Shown here piece after piece: positions 6,869 to 15,749 of a DNA stretch of 21,400 bases (its first letter is position 1; each line of letters begins with the position of its first letter). Where the stretch lies: contig JBKQWH010000101.1 of NCBI GenBank assembly GCA_052139635.1, positions 1-21,400 of the forward strand, written 5' to 3'. The position numbers and the translations under genes are program-made. The notes below the pieces were generated by a model. That model was not told the origin of the DNA. It ran no database searches and worked only from the letters and a program-made list of their open reading frames with translations. Source of the stretch: Capsulimonadaceae bacterium. GTDB taxonomy: Bacteria; Armatimonadota; Armatimonadia; Armatimonadales; Capsulimonadaceae.

Positions 6869-8929
6869 ATGGGAATAGTGTTAGTCATTTTGGGTGTAGT
6901 GGCCATCGTTGTGTCGATGTTCTTGCACCTGATCCCCCTCTTGGGATGGTCACTTGGGGCTGTTGGCGGTGTGCTCCTGATTTCCGGCGTTCTGGCCATG
7001 TACGCGTCTCTATACCGAAAGGCGTCCGCGGACCAGGCGTTCGTAATGACGGGCCGGGGCGGCTCGAAGGTTGTGCTGGACAATGGCGCGGTCGTCATTC
7101 CTCTCTGGCACCAAATCACCGAGGTCAACCTTCGCACGATGAAGCTTGGCGTTAACCCGCGCGGCACCAATGCCCTGATCACAAAGGACAACCTGCGGTC
7201 GAACATCCTCGCACAGTTCTACATTCGAGTTCAGGCCGACACCGATCATATTCTGAACGCGGCCCGGTCGCTGGGCGCCAACTCCGTGAATGCGGAGAAT
7301 GTCGAGGCGCTTGTCAGCGAGAAGCTTGTCTCGGCCCTGCGCGCCATCGCGTCGCAGATGGAGTTGTTCGAGATCCACACCAAGCGCGACGAGTTCGCCG
7401 AGCGGGTTAAAGAGCATGTCAAGTCGGACCTCGAGGCCAACGGCCTGCTGCTCGAGAGCGTGACGATCTCCGAACTCGACCAGACAGACCCGTCGGAACT
7501 CTCCGACAATAACGTGTTCGATGCGCAAGGAAAGCGCAAGATCACTGAAATCACCGCCTCGGCCGCTGTCGAGCGCAATAACCTTGAGCGCAACGCGGAG
7601 CAGGCGAAGAAGCTGCAGGACGTGGCGACGCGCCAGAAGATCCTCGAACTCGATCGCCAGCAGGCCGAGGCCGAGGCAAACCAGCAGACAGAGATCGCCA
7701 AGATCCGGGCGGAGAAGGACCGCCAGTCGCAAGAGGCGGTCATTGCCCAGCAGCGCGCGGTCGAGATCGCTCGGATCGAGAAAGAGCAGACCCTGCAAAC
7801 CGCCGAGATCGCCCGCCAGCAGGCGGTTGAAGTGGCCCGAGTCGGCCAGGAAAAGGCGGTGCAGGCGGCCACGATCGCCCGCGAGCAGGACCTTCAGCGC
7901 GCGAACGTGGAAAAGGAACAGACCGTGCAGATTGCCGAGCGGATGCGCCAGATCGCGGTCGCAAACAAGGAAGCCGACCGAGCCCGCGCAGAGGAGGGCT
8001 CCTTGATCGCGCAGGCAGCGCAGGAGAAGGCGAATCAGGAGGTCATTACGGTGACCCAGATTGCCGAGGCCGACCGCGAGGCGAACAAGAAGCTCATTGC
8101 CGCCCGCCAGGAGATCGAGCGGGACAAGATCCGCCTGCAGACCGAGGCACAGGTGCAGGCCTTCACGCGCGTCACGATCGCCCAGGCCGATCAGGAAGCG
8201 GCGACAAAGCAGGGTGAGGCCAAACTGCAGCTTGCACAGGCCGACGCGCAGTCGAAGGAAATGGCCGCCCGCGGCGAGAAGGCCGGGCAGATGGTTGCTG
8301 TCGAGGTCTCCCGCGAGAACGTCAATGTCGAGCAGGCCAAAGTCGACGTCGAGCGCCGCCAGCTCGAGAACCGGCAGGAGTTCGCCGAGGCCGGCATCCG
8401 GCTCGAGATCGAGAAGCTGCGAATCCAGGCGGACAAGGAAGTCCAGCAGGAGTTCGCGCGATCGCTCGGCGCCTTCCTGTCGAAGGGCAACATGACCCTT
8501 TACGGCACTCCGGAAACCGCCCAGCGCATGATGGACAACATGGCGAAGGGCTTTGGCCTGCGCGCGATGGCCGACGGCTTCCTGAACGGCGCCGCGCCCG
8601 GGGCGCCGTCGCCCGGTGGTTCCGGCGGCCTTGACGCTGTCCTGTCGAGCTTAGGCAAGCTGGTGGGACCGGCTGTCGAGAAGTTGACCGGGCAGCAGGT
8701 TGACACCGAGGCCCAGGCAACCGCGATCGCCCGCGCACTGGCGTCGAACCCGGCCGCCCTGGCCGCCATCGCCGAGGCGCTCTCGGCTGATGTTCCCAGG
8801 CCTGACGCGTCGAACGGCCACGCGTCGCCTCCGCCGCCGGCCACTGTGCTGATCAAGCCGGCCCCACCCGTTGCTCACGCGCCTATTAACAGGCCGGCCA
8901 AACCGGTCGAGGGCCCTCAGTCCAACTAG
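6869..8929 (+). CDS. Flotillin-family (SPFH/Band 7) protein, FloT/YqiK-like, 686 aa, with an extended Glu/Ala/Gln-rich coiled-coil repeat region and a Pro/Ala-rich C-terminal tail
   Basis: ORF 6869..8929(+), ATG start. SD GGGAGA at 6858-6863 with a 5-nt spacer. N-terminal membrane hairpin (two hydrophobic helices). SPFH/PHB domain. Then about 280 aa of flotillin-type EA repeats (AQQRAVEIARIEKEQTLQTAEIARQQAVEVARVGQEKAVQAATIAREQDLQRANVEKEQT...). The NfeD gene lies 63 nt upstream. Confidence 0.9.
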   Translation: MGIVLVILGVVAIVVSMFLHLIPLLGWSLGAVGGVLLISGVLAMYASLYRKASADQAFVMTGRGGSKVVLDNGAVVIPLWHQITEVNLRTMKLGVNPRGTNALITKDNLRSNILAQFYIRVQADTDHILNAARSLGANSVNAENVEALVSEKLVSALRAIASQMELFEIHTKRDEFAERVKEHVKSDLEANGLLLESVTISELDQTDPSELSDNNVFDAQGKRKITEITASAAVERNNLERNAEQAKKLQDVATRQKILELDRQQAEAEANQQTEIAKIRAEKDRQSQEAVIAQQRAVEIARIEKEQTLQTAEIARQQAVEVARVGQEKAVQAATIAREQDLQRANVEKEQTVQIAERMRQIAVANKEADRARAEEGSLIAQAAQEKANQEVITVTQIAEADREANKKLIAARQEIERDKIRLQTEAQVQAFTRVTIAQADQEAATKQGEAKLQLAQADAQSKEMAARGEKAGQMVAVEVSRENVNVEQAKVDVERRQLENRQEFAEAGIRLEIEKLRIQADKEVQQEFARSLGAFLSKGNMTLYGTPETAQRMMDNMAKGFGLRAMADGFLNGAAPGAPSPGGSGGLDAVLSSLGKLVGPAVEKLTGQQVDTEAQATAIARALASNPAALAAIAEALSADVPRPDASNGHASPPPPATVLIKPAPPVAHAPINRPAKPVEGPQSN

Positions 8930-8952
8930 GTGCGGGCGCCATGTCGACACTC

Positions 8953-8987
8953 AGCCCGCCCTCGACATCGAGGGCGGGCTGTTGCTT
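8953..8987. terminator. Stem-loop terminator between convergent flotillin (+) and rnz (-) genes
   Basis: Perfect inverted repeat AGCCCGCCCTCG (8953-8964) / CGAGGGCGGGCT (8969-8980) with a 4-nt loop, followed on the + strand by GTTGCTT. Lies between the stop of the flotillin gene (8929) and the stop of rnz (9079). Confidence 0.55.
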
Positions 8988-9078
8988 AAGACAACATGCG
9001 TCGCAGGACACGTTGACAGGGCATACCATGCCTGGTTTGATGAAGTCATACACCATAACCGGGCGAGGGAGACGTGGG

Positions 9079-10050
9079 CTACAGCCGCCCGCCTCGCCGG
9101 GGGACGTCGAAGGTCCAAAGGTCCTGGGCCGGGAGAGTGTGCGGGAAAATGGCGGCGGCCTCGGCCAGGAGTTGGGACATGCCAGCGGACTCGGAGTTTT
9201 CGTAGCGAGGGCTGAAGTGAGTCAGGATGAGCGTGCGGACGCCCGCCGACGACGCGATTCGGGCGGCGGCGGCGGAGGTCGAGTGGCCGACCTCGGCGGC
9301 CAGAGGTGCGTCTGCCTCCATAAACGTGCCCTCATGCACAAGGACATCGGCCCCGCCGGCGAGCGCGATCGAGGCGGCGGAGGGACGCGAGTCCCCGCAA
9401 ATAACGACGCGCCGGCCGATCTGCGGTGGATCGACATACTCGGCGCCGTCGATTACGCGGCCATCGGGGAGGGTGACGGTCTCGCCGGCCTTCAGGCGAC
9501 CATAGAGCGGTCCGAAGGGCACCCCTTCGGCGGCAAGGCGCGCGGCATCGAGACGGCCGGTCCGGTCTGCCTCGACAATCGCATAGCCGTAGCAGGGCAT
9601 CCCATGGTCCATCGGTGCGTACTCGACCCGCGCGATTCCGCTTTCTTCGTCACCCTCGACAACGTTCTGCTGGCCGGCCTCCGGAGCCGGAAGCTCGCGG
9701 ATAGTCAACGGGTACCCGAGCCCCGACCGGCTGAGCCGCAACGATGAGCGAAGAAACTCCGCGACGCCCGGAGGACCGAGAACTTCTACCGGCGACGTCG
9801 CCGAGTCCTGCAGCGAGCGGCTCGCCAGAAGCCCGGGCAGGCCGAAGATGTGATCGCCGTGCAGGTGCGTGACGAAGATCCGCGACAGCCGGCTCGGGCG
9901 CAGCGGAGTCCGCTGAACCTGGTGCTGCGTCCCCTCGCCGCAGTCGAACAGCCACCAGGCCCCGCTCTGCTGAAACTGAACCGCCAGCGCGCTGACATTG
10001 CGGCGGAGTGTCGGGCTGGCGGAACCGGTTCCGAGAAACGTGAGCTTCAT
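9079..10050 (-). CDS. rnz: Ribonuclease Z (tRNA 3'-end processing endoribonuclease, short form)
   Basis: ORF 9079..10050(-), ATG start. MKLTFLGTGSASPTLRRNVSALAV...WLFDCGEGTQHQ...FVTHLHGDHIFGLPGLL... is the metallo-beta-lactamase HxHxDH motif region of RNase Z/ElaC. Length (323 aa) is typical of bacterial RNase Z. Confidence 0.9.
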   Translation of the reverse strand: MKLTFLGTGSASPTLRRNVSALAVQFQQSGAWWLFDCGEGTQHQVQRTPLRPSRLSRIFVTHLHGDHIFGLPGLLASRSLQDSATSPVEVLGPPGVAEFLRSSLRLSRSGLGYPLTIRELPAPEAGQQNVVEGDEESGIARVEYAPMDHGMPCYGYAIVEADRTGRLDAARLAAEGVPFGPLYGRLKAGETVTLPDGRVIDGAEYVDPPQIGRRVVICGDSRPSAASIALAGGADVLVHEGTFMEADAPLAAEVGHSTSAAAARIASSAGVRTLILTHFSPRYENSESAGMSQLLAEAAAIFPHTLPAQDLWTFDVPRRGGRL

Positions 10051-10277
10051 TGTTATGCCTGTCCGGCAGTCCCCTAAGTGGGGACAAGCCGAGATTCTTT
10101 GCGATTATCGGGAACAGGCGCACCGTGTGCCGATTCCTGGGTTAATATGAATTGTGCGCGCCCGCCGGGAACCGATTCCGACTTACCGGCGCTCTATATT
10201 ATGATACACGACAGCAGGTGTGCTCAAGTGTCCGCAAGTTATCGTGCTTGTTTGTTTCGAGGAAGCGGCGAAAACGG

Positions 10278-10307
10278 TGGACGCTTCCATCGGAAGGGGG
10301 GTACAAT
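10278..10307 (+). promoter_or_regulatory. Candidate promoter in the AT-richer rnz-sucA intergenic region (TGGACG, 18-bp spacer, TACAAT). It would give a 5' leader of about 215 nt for sucA.
   Basis: TGGACG at 10278-10283, TACAAT at 10302-10307. Lies in a roughly 480-bp non-coding stretch of lower GC than the flanking genes. Weak -35, so tentative. Confidence 0.3.
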
Positions 10308-10532
10308 ATGCGAGATTTTTTATACGATAGGGTTTGGTCACCCAAACCACGGGCAAGGGGGCTCGGATCGTAAGACGCACTTTGCCGTAAGCCCACCCCG
10401 GTCCGGGTTGGGCAGGAGCAGGATTCGGCGCCGCAACAGGAGCGGGCGCGATAATCCCGCCATAACATAACAACACCAAGTTTGATGCACTTCAGCCCTG
10501 CAGGCCGACAAAGGAGTAGGTATTAATCCCCC

Positions 10533-13355
10533 ATGAGCGAACTTCAACAGTTTCATGGTCCGAACGCAGGTTACGTCCTTGACCTCTACGACCGGTACCT
10601 TGCCGACCCGGCGTCGGTGGACGCCGAAACAAGCGCGATCTTCAAGCGCTGGCAGCCGGAAGACGTGGATGGAGCGAATACTCCGTCCGTTTCCACGGGA
10701 ATCGATGTCGACAAGATCGTGCGAGCATCGCGAGTTGCGGAGTTTGTCCGTGCGCTCGGGCACGTAACGGCCCATGTCGACCCGCTCGGATCGACCCCTC
10801 CGGGCGACCCCGGCCTCTTGCTCTCGACCCACGGCCTTACCACGGCCGACCTGTCCGATATGCCGTCAAGCGTGGTCGGAGGTCCGCTTGCCGAGGGCGC
10901 CGCGAACGCGCTCGAGGCGCTCGGACGGCTTCGAAAGGCCTATTCCGGACCGATCGGCTATGAGGACGACCACATCCACGTTCACGAGGAGCGCGACTGG
11001 ATGGTCGACGCGATCGAGAGCGGCCGGTATTTTCGCGGATTTTTCCCCTCCCACCAGCGCAATGTCCTCCAGCGGCTGACCGAGGTCGAGGCCTTCGAGC
11101 GCTTTCTGCACCACACCTTCATCGGCCAGAAGCGGTTCTCGATCGAGGGCAACGACATGCTGGTGCCCATGCTGGACTCGATCATCAACGACGCGTCCGA
11201 ATGCGGCACTCGGGAGATCGTCATCGGCATGGCGCACAGGGGTCGTCTAAACGTGCTAGCGCATATCCTCGGCAAGCCTTACGCCCAGATTATCGCGGAA
11301 TTCCAGGTTGCGAAGAAGGATGTTCACCTGAAGGACGACGCGTTTCCGGCCGCCGGGCCCGGCAATCGCGGCTGGACCGGCGATGTCAAGTATCACCTTG
11401 GCGCGGAGGTACAGTACTCGGGCCACGGCGCGCGCATGCCCATCACGCTGGCCCCCAATCCGAGCCACCTGGAATATGTCAACCCGGTGATCGTCGGCCG
11501 CGCCCGCGCCGCGCAGGAAGCACGGAACAAGGGTCCGAAGCCACATCAGGACCCGACGGCTTCGCTCGCAATCCTGATCCATGGCGACGCCGCCTTTCCG
11601 GGCCAGGGCATTGTCGCCGAGACGCTCAACCTATCGCAGCTCGCCGGTTACCATGTCGGCGGCACGATTCACATCATTGTCAACAACCAGATCGGGTTCA
11701 CGACCGGCCCGCGCGAGGCGCGCTCGACTCTGTACGCGAGCGACCTTGCCAAGGGCTTCGAGATCCCCATCGTGCATGTCAACGCCGACGATCCCGAGGC
11801 GTGTATCGCGGCGTCCAGAATGGCGCATGCCTACCGCGAGCGATTCGGAAAGGACTTTCTGATCGATCTGATCGGGTACCGGCGCTACGGGCACAACGAG
11901 GCCGACGAGCCGATGTACACACAGCCCCGTATGTACGAGAAGATCAATGCCCATCCCACGGTGCGCGAGATATGGGCGGTTGAGCTGACGCGACGCGGCG
12001 TCGTCACGCCCGACGAGGTCTCGGCTATGTCGGCTGCCATCGACGAGAAGCTGCAGGCCGCCCGCAGCAAGCCGAGCGGCAAGGGTCTCTCGCGGGGCGC
12101 TGTGGAAGGCCAGTTCGTCGAGTTTGCCGCCATCGACACGCGCGTTCCCGCCGACCTCCTCAAGACCATCAATGAGGAACTGCAGTTCCGTCCGAGCGGC
12201 TTCACGACCAACGCCAAGCTCGAGAAGATCCTGCGGCGCCGCCAAACCGGCATTTACGAGCCCGGCGGCATCGAGTGGAACCACGCCGAGGCGCTCGCAT
12301 TCGCGTCGATCCTGGCCGAGGGCAAGCCTGTCCGGCTCACCGGGCAGGACGCCGAGCGCGGAACGTTCTCCACCCGCCACTGCGTGCTGCACGATCCCAT
12401 CACCGGGGAGCGCACCATCCCGCTCCAGGAGTTCTCCCACTCGCGGGCGTCGTTTGCCGTACACAACAGCCCGCTCTCCGAGAGCGCCGCACTCGGTTTC
12501 GAGTACGGCTACAGCATGCACGCCGCCGGGGTGCTCGTTTTGTGGGAGGCGCAGTTCGGCGACTTCATCAACTCGGCCCAGGTCATTGTCGACCAGTTCC
12601 TGGTGTCCGGCCAGGCCAAGTGGCGGCAGGCTCCATCGCTTGTCCTGCTTCTCCCGCACGGCTATGAGGGCGGCGGCCCGGAGCATTCGAGCGGCCGTGT
12701 CGAGAGGTTCCTGCAACTGTGCGCCGGGGACAACATGCGGGTTCTCAATTGCACCACCGCGGGGCAATACTTCCACGCCCTGCGTGCTCAGGCGATCACG
12801 TCCGAGAAGGCGCCGCGTCCGCTCATCATCATGACTCCGAAGGCCCTGCTTCGGCATCCGCGCGCATCATCGTCGCTGAAGGACCTGACCGACTTACGAT
12901 TCCGGCCGGTCATCGACGATCCCGAGGCGCACGAACATGTCGAGCAGATCAGCCGCCTGATCCTGTGCTCGGGTAAAATCTACGTCGACATGATCACGAG
13001 TCCGGCCTATGCGGTCGGCCATGACGGTATCGCCGTAGCGCGTGTCGAGCAGTTGCACCCGTTCCCATTCGCGGAATTGCGCGCGGTCATCGCCGGCTAT
13101 CCCGGCCTGCGCGAGATTGTCTGGCTCCAGGAGGAGCCCCGCAATATGGGGGCGTGGTCGTATGTCCTGGAGTGCCTGCGCGAGCTTGCCGGCACTCGGC
13201 TCGAACTGACCTACGTCGGACGGCCCGAGGGCGCGAGCCCCGCCGAGGGGTCTATTCGGCGCCATACGGTGGAGCAAAACCGTATTATTACGGCCGCACT
13301 GAGCGACGTGCCCGCGGCCAAGTTAAGAAGGAGCGGAGTGAAGAATGCCCGTTGA
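10533..13355 (+). CDS. sucA: 2-oxoglutarate dehydrogenase E1 component
   Basis: ORF 10533..13355(+), 940 aa, ATG start. AAGGAG at 10511-10516 (long spacer; AGG at 10518-10520). N-terminus [23 protein letters not shown] and the ThDP-binding/transketolase-like regions ([33 protein letters not shown]) are diagnostic of SucA/OdhA. Confidence 0.95.
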   Translation: MSELQQFHGPNAGYVLDLYDRYLADPASVDAETSAIFKRWQPEDVDGANTPSVSTGIDVDKIVRASRVAEFVRALGHVTAHVDPLGSTPPGDPGLLLSTHGLTTADLSDMPSSVVGGPLAEGAANALEALGRLRKAYSGPIGYEDDHIHVHEERDWMVDAIESGRYFRGFFPSHQRNVLQRLTEVEAFERFLHHTFIGQKRFSIEGNDMLVPMLDSIINDASECGTREIVIGMAHRGRLNVLAHILGKPYAQIIAEFQVAKKDVHLKDDAFPAAGPGNRGWTGDVKYHLGAEVQYSGHGARMPITLAPNPSHLEYVNPVIVGRARAAQEARNKGPKPHQDPTASLAILIHGDAAFPGQGIVAETLNLSQLAGYHVGGTIHIIVNNQIGFTTGPREARSTLYASDLAKGFEIPIVHVNADDPEACIAASRMAHAYRERFGKDFLIDLIGYRRYGHNEADEPMYTQPRMYEKINAHPTVREIWAVELTRRGVVTPDEVSAMSAAIDEKLQAARSKPSGKGLSRGAVEGQFVEFAAIDTRVPADLLKTINEELQFRPSGFTTNAKLEKILRRRQTGIYEPGGIEWNHAEALAFASILAEGKPVRLTGQDAERGTFSTRHCVLHDPITGERTIPLQEFSHSRASFAVHNSPLSESAALGFEYGYSMHAAGVLVLWEAQFGDFINSAQVIVDQFLVSGQAKWRQAPSLVLLLPHGYEGGGPEHSSGRVERFLQLCAGDNMRVLNCTTAGQYFHALRAQAITSEKAPRPLIIMTPKALLRHPRASSSLKDLTDLRFRPVIDDPEAHEHVEQISRLILCSGKIYVDMITSPAYAVGHDGIAVARVEQLHPFPFAELRAVIAGYPGLREIVWLQEEPRNMGAWSYVLECLRELAGTRLELTYVGRPEGASPAEGSIRRHTVEQNRIITAALSDVPAAKLRRSGVKNAR

Positions 13356-14685
13356 AGTACTGGTCCCCGCACTGGGCGAATCGGTCGTCGAAGCCACGGT
13401 TGGAAACTGGCTCAAGGCCGTCGGCGACACAGTGGCGGCCGCCGAGCCGATTGTCGAGCTGGAGACGGATAAAGTTAACGTCGAGGTAGGCGCCCCGGAA
13501 GCCGGAGTCCTGCAGCGAATCGATCGTAAGACCGGCGACGTCGTCAATATCGGCGACGTCATCGCGGTCATCAGCAACGCCGCCGTGGCGCCATCGAGCC
13601 CCGATCCGGTGGAGCCCCCGGCCCGCGACGCGTCCCGAAATGGGGGAGGCGCCAAGCCGATGCCGGCCTCGGATGCCCCGCCGGTGACTCCCGTGGCGCG
13701 GCGGCTCGCCGCCGAAAACGATGTCGACCTGTCGGAGCTGGCCGGCACCGGCCCGAACGGCCGCATCACGAAGGATGATGTCGCCGGGATCATCGAGAAG
13801 CGGGCCGCCGAAGCCGCTTCGCCGGCGCCGCGGCCCGAACCGGCCCTGGCGTTTACGGCGGCCGAGCCCGTGCATGTTCCGGAACCGCCGCCGGCACGCG
13901 CGCCGGAGCCGACCCGTCCGGCGCCGCCGTCCCCCTCCCGCCCGCAAATCCCAACCGCGGTGATCGCCGCGGCCGCGCCCGCGGCCAAGCGTGAGGACCG
14001 GATTCGGATGTCGCGCCGCCGCCTCACCATCGCAACTCGACTGGTGGAGGCCCAGCGCAACGCCGCCATGCTCACCACTTTTAACGAGGTGGACATGACC
14101 GCGATCATGGACGTCCGCAAGCGCCGTAAGGACAGCTTCAAGGAGCGCAACGGGGTGGGACTTGGCTTCATGTCCTTCTTCACAAAGGCGAGTGTCGGCG
14201 CGCTGAAGGCCTTCCCCCAGTTGAACGCCGAAATCCAGGGTGAGGAGATCCTGATCAAGCACTACTACGACATTGGCATTGCAGTCGGGGTCGAGGAAGG
14301 CCTGGTCGTCCCCGTGGTTCGCGACGCGGACCGGCTCTCATTCGCCGAGATCGAGCGACGCATCGGCTACCTGGCCGGCAAGGCGCGCGACGGCAAGCTG
14401 ACCCTGGCCGAGCTGCAGGGGGGGACGTTCACCATTACAAACGGGGGCGTATTCGGCTCCCTGATGTCGACCCCGATCCTCAATGCCCCGCAGGTGGCCA
14501 TCCTGGGAATGCACAAGATCCAGGAGCGTCCGGTCGTTGTCAACGGCGAAGTCACGGTGCGGCCAATGATGTATCTGGCCCTCTCCTACGACCATCGCAT
14601 TGTCGACGGCAGTGAGGCGGTGCGCTTCCTGGTCCGTATCAAGGAACTCGCCGAAGATCCGGAGTCCCTGCTGCTCGAGGGCTGA
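13345..14685 (+). CDS. sucB: Dihydrolipoyllysine-residue succinyltransferase (2-oxoglutarate dehydrogenase E2)
   Basis: ORF 13345..14685(+), ATG start overlapping the sucA stop by 11 nt. GGAG at 13335-13338 with a 6-nt spacer. Lipoyl domain ([11 protein letters not shown]). Pro/Ala-rich linkers. E3-binding domain ([31 protein letters not shown]). Catalytic domain ending [24 protein letters not shown]. Confidence 0.95.
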   Translation: MPVEVLVPALGESVVEATVGNWLKAVGDTVAAAEPIVELETDKVNVEVGAPEAGVLQRIDRKTGDVVNIGDVIAVISNAAVAPSSPDPVEPPARDASRNGGGAKPMPASDAPPVTPVARRLAAENDVDLSELAGTGPNGRITKDDVAGIIEKRAAEAASPAPRPEPALAFTAAEPVHVPEPPPARAPEPTRPAPPSPSRPQIPTAVIAAAAPAAKREDRIRMSRRRLTIATRLVEAQRNAAMLTTFNEVDMTAIMDVRKRRKDSFKERNGVGLGFMSFFTKASVGALKAFPQLNAEIQGEEILIKHYYDIGIAVGVEEGLVVPVVRDADRLSFAEIERRIGYLAGKARDGKLTLAELQGGTFTITNGGVFGSLMSTPILNAPQVAILGMHKIQERPVVVNGEVTVRPMMYLALSYDHRIVDGSEAVRFLVRIKELAEDPESLLLEG

Positions 14686-14710
14686 CCTCGACGAAATGTC
14701 TCGATCCAGC

Positions 14711-14745
14711 GCGACGCCGGTTAACGCCGGCGTCGCGTTTTATCG
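14711..14745 (+). terminator. Rho-independent terminator of the sucAB operon
   Basis: Perfect 10-bp inverted repeat GCGACGCCGG (14711-14720) / CCGGCGTCGC (14727-14736) with loop TTAACG, followed by GTTTTAT. Lies 26 nt after the sucB stop. Confidence 0.75.
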
Positions 14746-14912
14746 TACGGACTATGACACGATTTCCCCGAACGAGCCCATACAGTCGGTTCCGGGCGGA
14801 ACATTCGAACGAAATCCGCGGTTCCACATTGCAAATGACCGTAACATTTGCGGCGTCTTGTTGTCATTAAACCGTACGGCGTGCATCTCACTCGGCCGGC
14901 ATCTCCAGGAGG

Positions 14913-15485
14913 ATGGACTTGAAGTCAATACCATTTGCGCTCGCACTCGCGGCCGCCGCGTGTGCGTTTGCACCGGCCGCGCGCGCTCAGTCGAGCCAAT
15001 CGCAGTCGAATCCGATTACGATCAAACTCGGCGCCTATTTGCCGCCGAGCGGCGGGCCAAATAATCTCGGAAGCACCTGGATCGCCGGGGGTCTGGATTA
15101 CGCCCTCGGCGCCCCGCAGGACCAGGTCCAGCAGAACTTATACGTCAACTATACGGGCAAGTCGGACAGCGGCCGCAACGACCACGTCCTCGGTGTGGGA
15201 ATCGATACGCACAGCACGTCCGGCCCGTCGACATCGTCGACACCGTCCTCGTCCATCGGCCACGCCAATCTGCCGATCTTCCGCGTCGTCGGCATCGGCG
15301 CCTACTTCCAGACCGCAAACAACAACAACACGTCGAAGACCGGTACGTCCCTCGGTGTGATGGCGGGAATCGGCATCTCGTTCTCGCAAGCCTTCGACAT
15401 CGAGGGCGATTACACCTGGATCACGGACAAGATCAACGGCGTCAACCTCGGCGGCATCTCCGTCATGGCCGGGCTTCGGTTCTAG
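14913..15485 (+). CDS. Outer-membrane beta-barrel protein (small OmpA-TM/OmpW-like porin-family protein) with signal peptide
   Basis: ORF 14913..15485(+). Signal peptide MDLKSIPFALALAAAACAFAPAARAQS. Alternating beta-strand-like segments. Ends ...MAGLRF with a C-terminal aromatic (Phe), the beta-barrel assembly signature. AGGAGG directly abuts the ATG (atypical spacing). Confidence 0.65.
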   Translation: MDLKSIPFALALAAAACAFAPAARAQSSQSQSNPITIKLGAYLPPSGGPNNLGSTWIAGGLDYALGAPQDQVQQNLYVNYTGKSDSGRNDHVLGVGIDTHSTSGPSTSSTPSSSIGHANLPIFRVVGIGAYFQTANNNNTSKTGTSLGVMAGIGISFSQAFDIEGDYTWITDKINGVNLGGISVMAGLRF

Positions 15486-15487
15486 AT

Positions 15488-15520
15488 TCCGTGAGTCTCG
15501 GAACTTGTTGTCCGTGAGTC
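15488..15520 (+). terminator. Near-perfect 17-bp palindrome (TTCCGTGAGTCTCGGAA) followed by a T-rich tract. Possible terminator of the OMP gene or an operator.
   Basis: Begins 3 nt after the OMP stop codon. One mismatch in the palindrome. Followed by CTTGTTGTCC. CCGTGAGTC recurs about 23 nt downstream. Confidence 0.35.
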
Positions 15521-15749
15521 AAGTTTTGCGACATGCCGATAATTCTTATCGTGGGACAGGCCTCCGTGCCTGTCTTCCTCCTTGTCCATTGCGTCCATCG
15601 CGTCCATATGTCCATACGACTGGTCGGTCTGAGGCGGAGCCTCGCTAGCGAGTGCAGAATACACCGAAGGATAGGACTCGGGAGTTCTTAATCCTTCTTT
15701 CTTCGTTTCCGCTTTGCCGGGTTAGGAATTGCCCCGGAGAACAGAACCC

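Noticed and set aside
8941-9747. 268-aa plus-strand ORF starting after the flotillin gene
   Set aside because: Overlaps and is antisense to rnz, which has unmistakable RNase Z motifs. Its 5' part covers the intergenic terminator hairpin.
15482-15664. 60-aa minus-strand ORF containing MDAMDAMD
   Set aside because: It is the reverse-complement reading of the GTCCAT tandem repeats in an intergenic region and is better explained as a regulatory DNA repeat than as a peptide.
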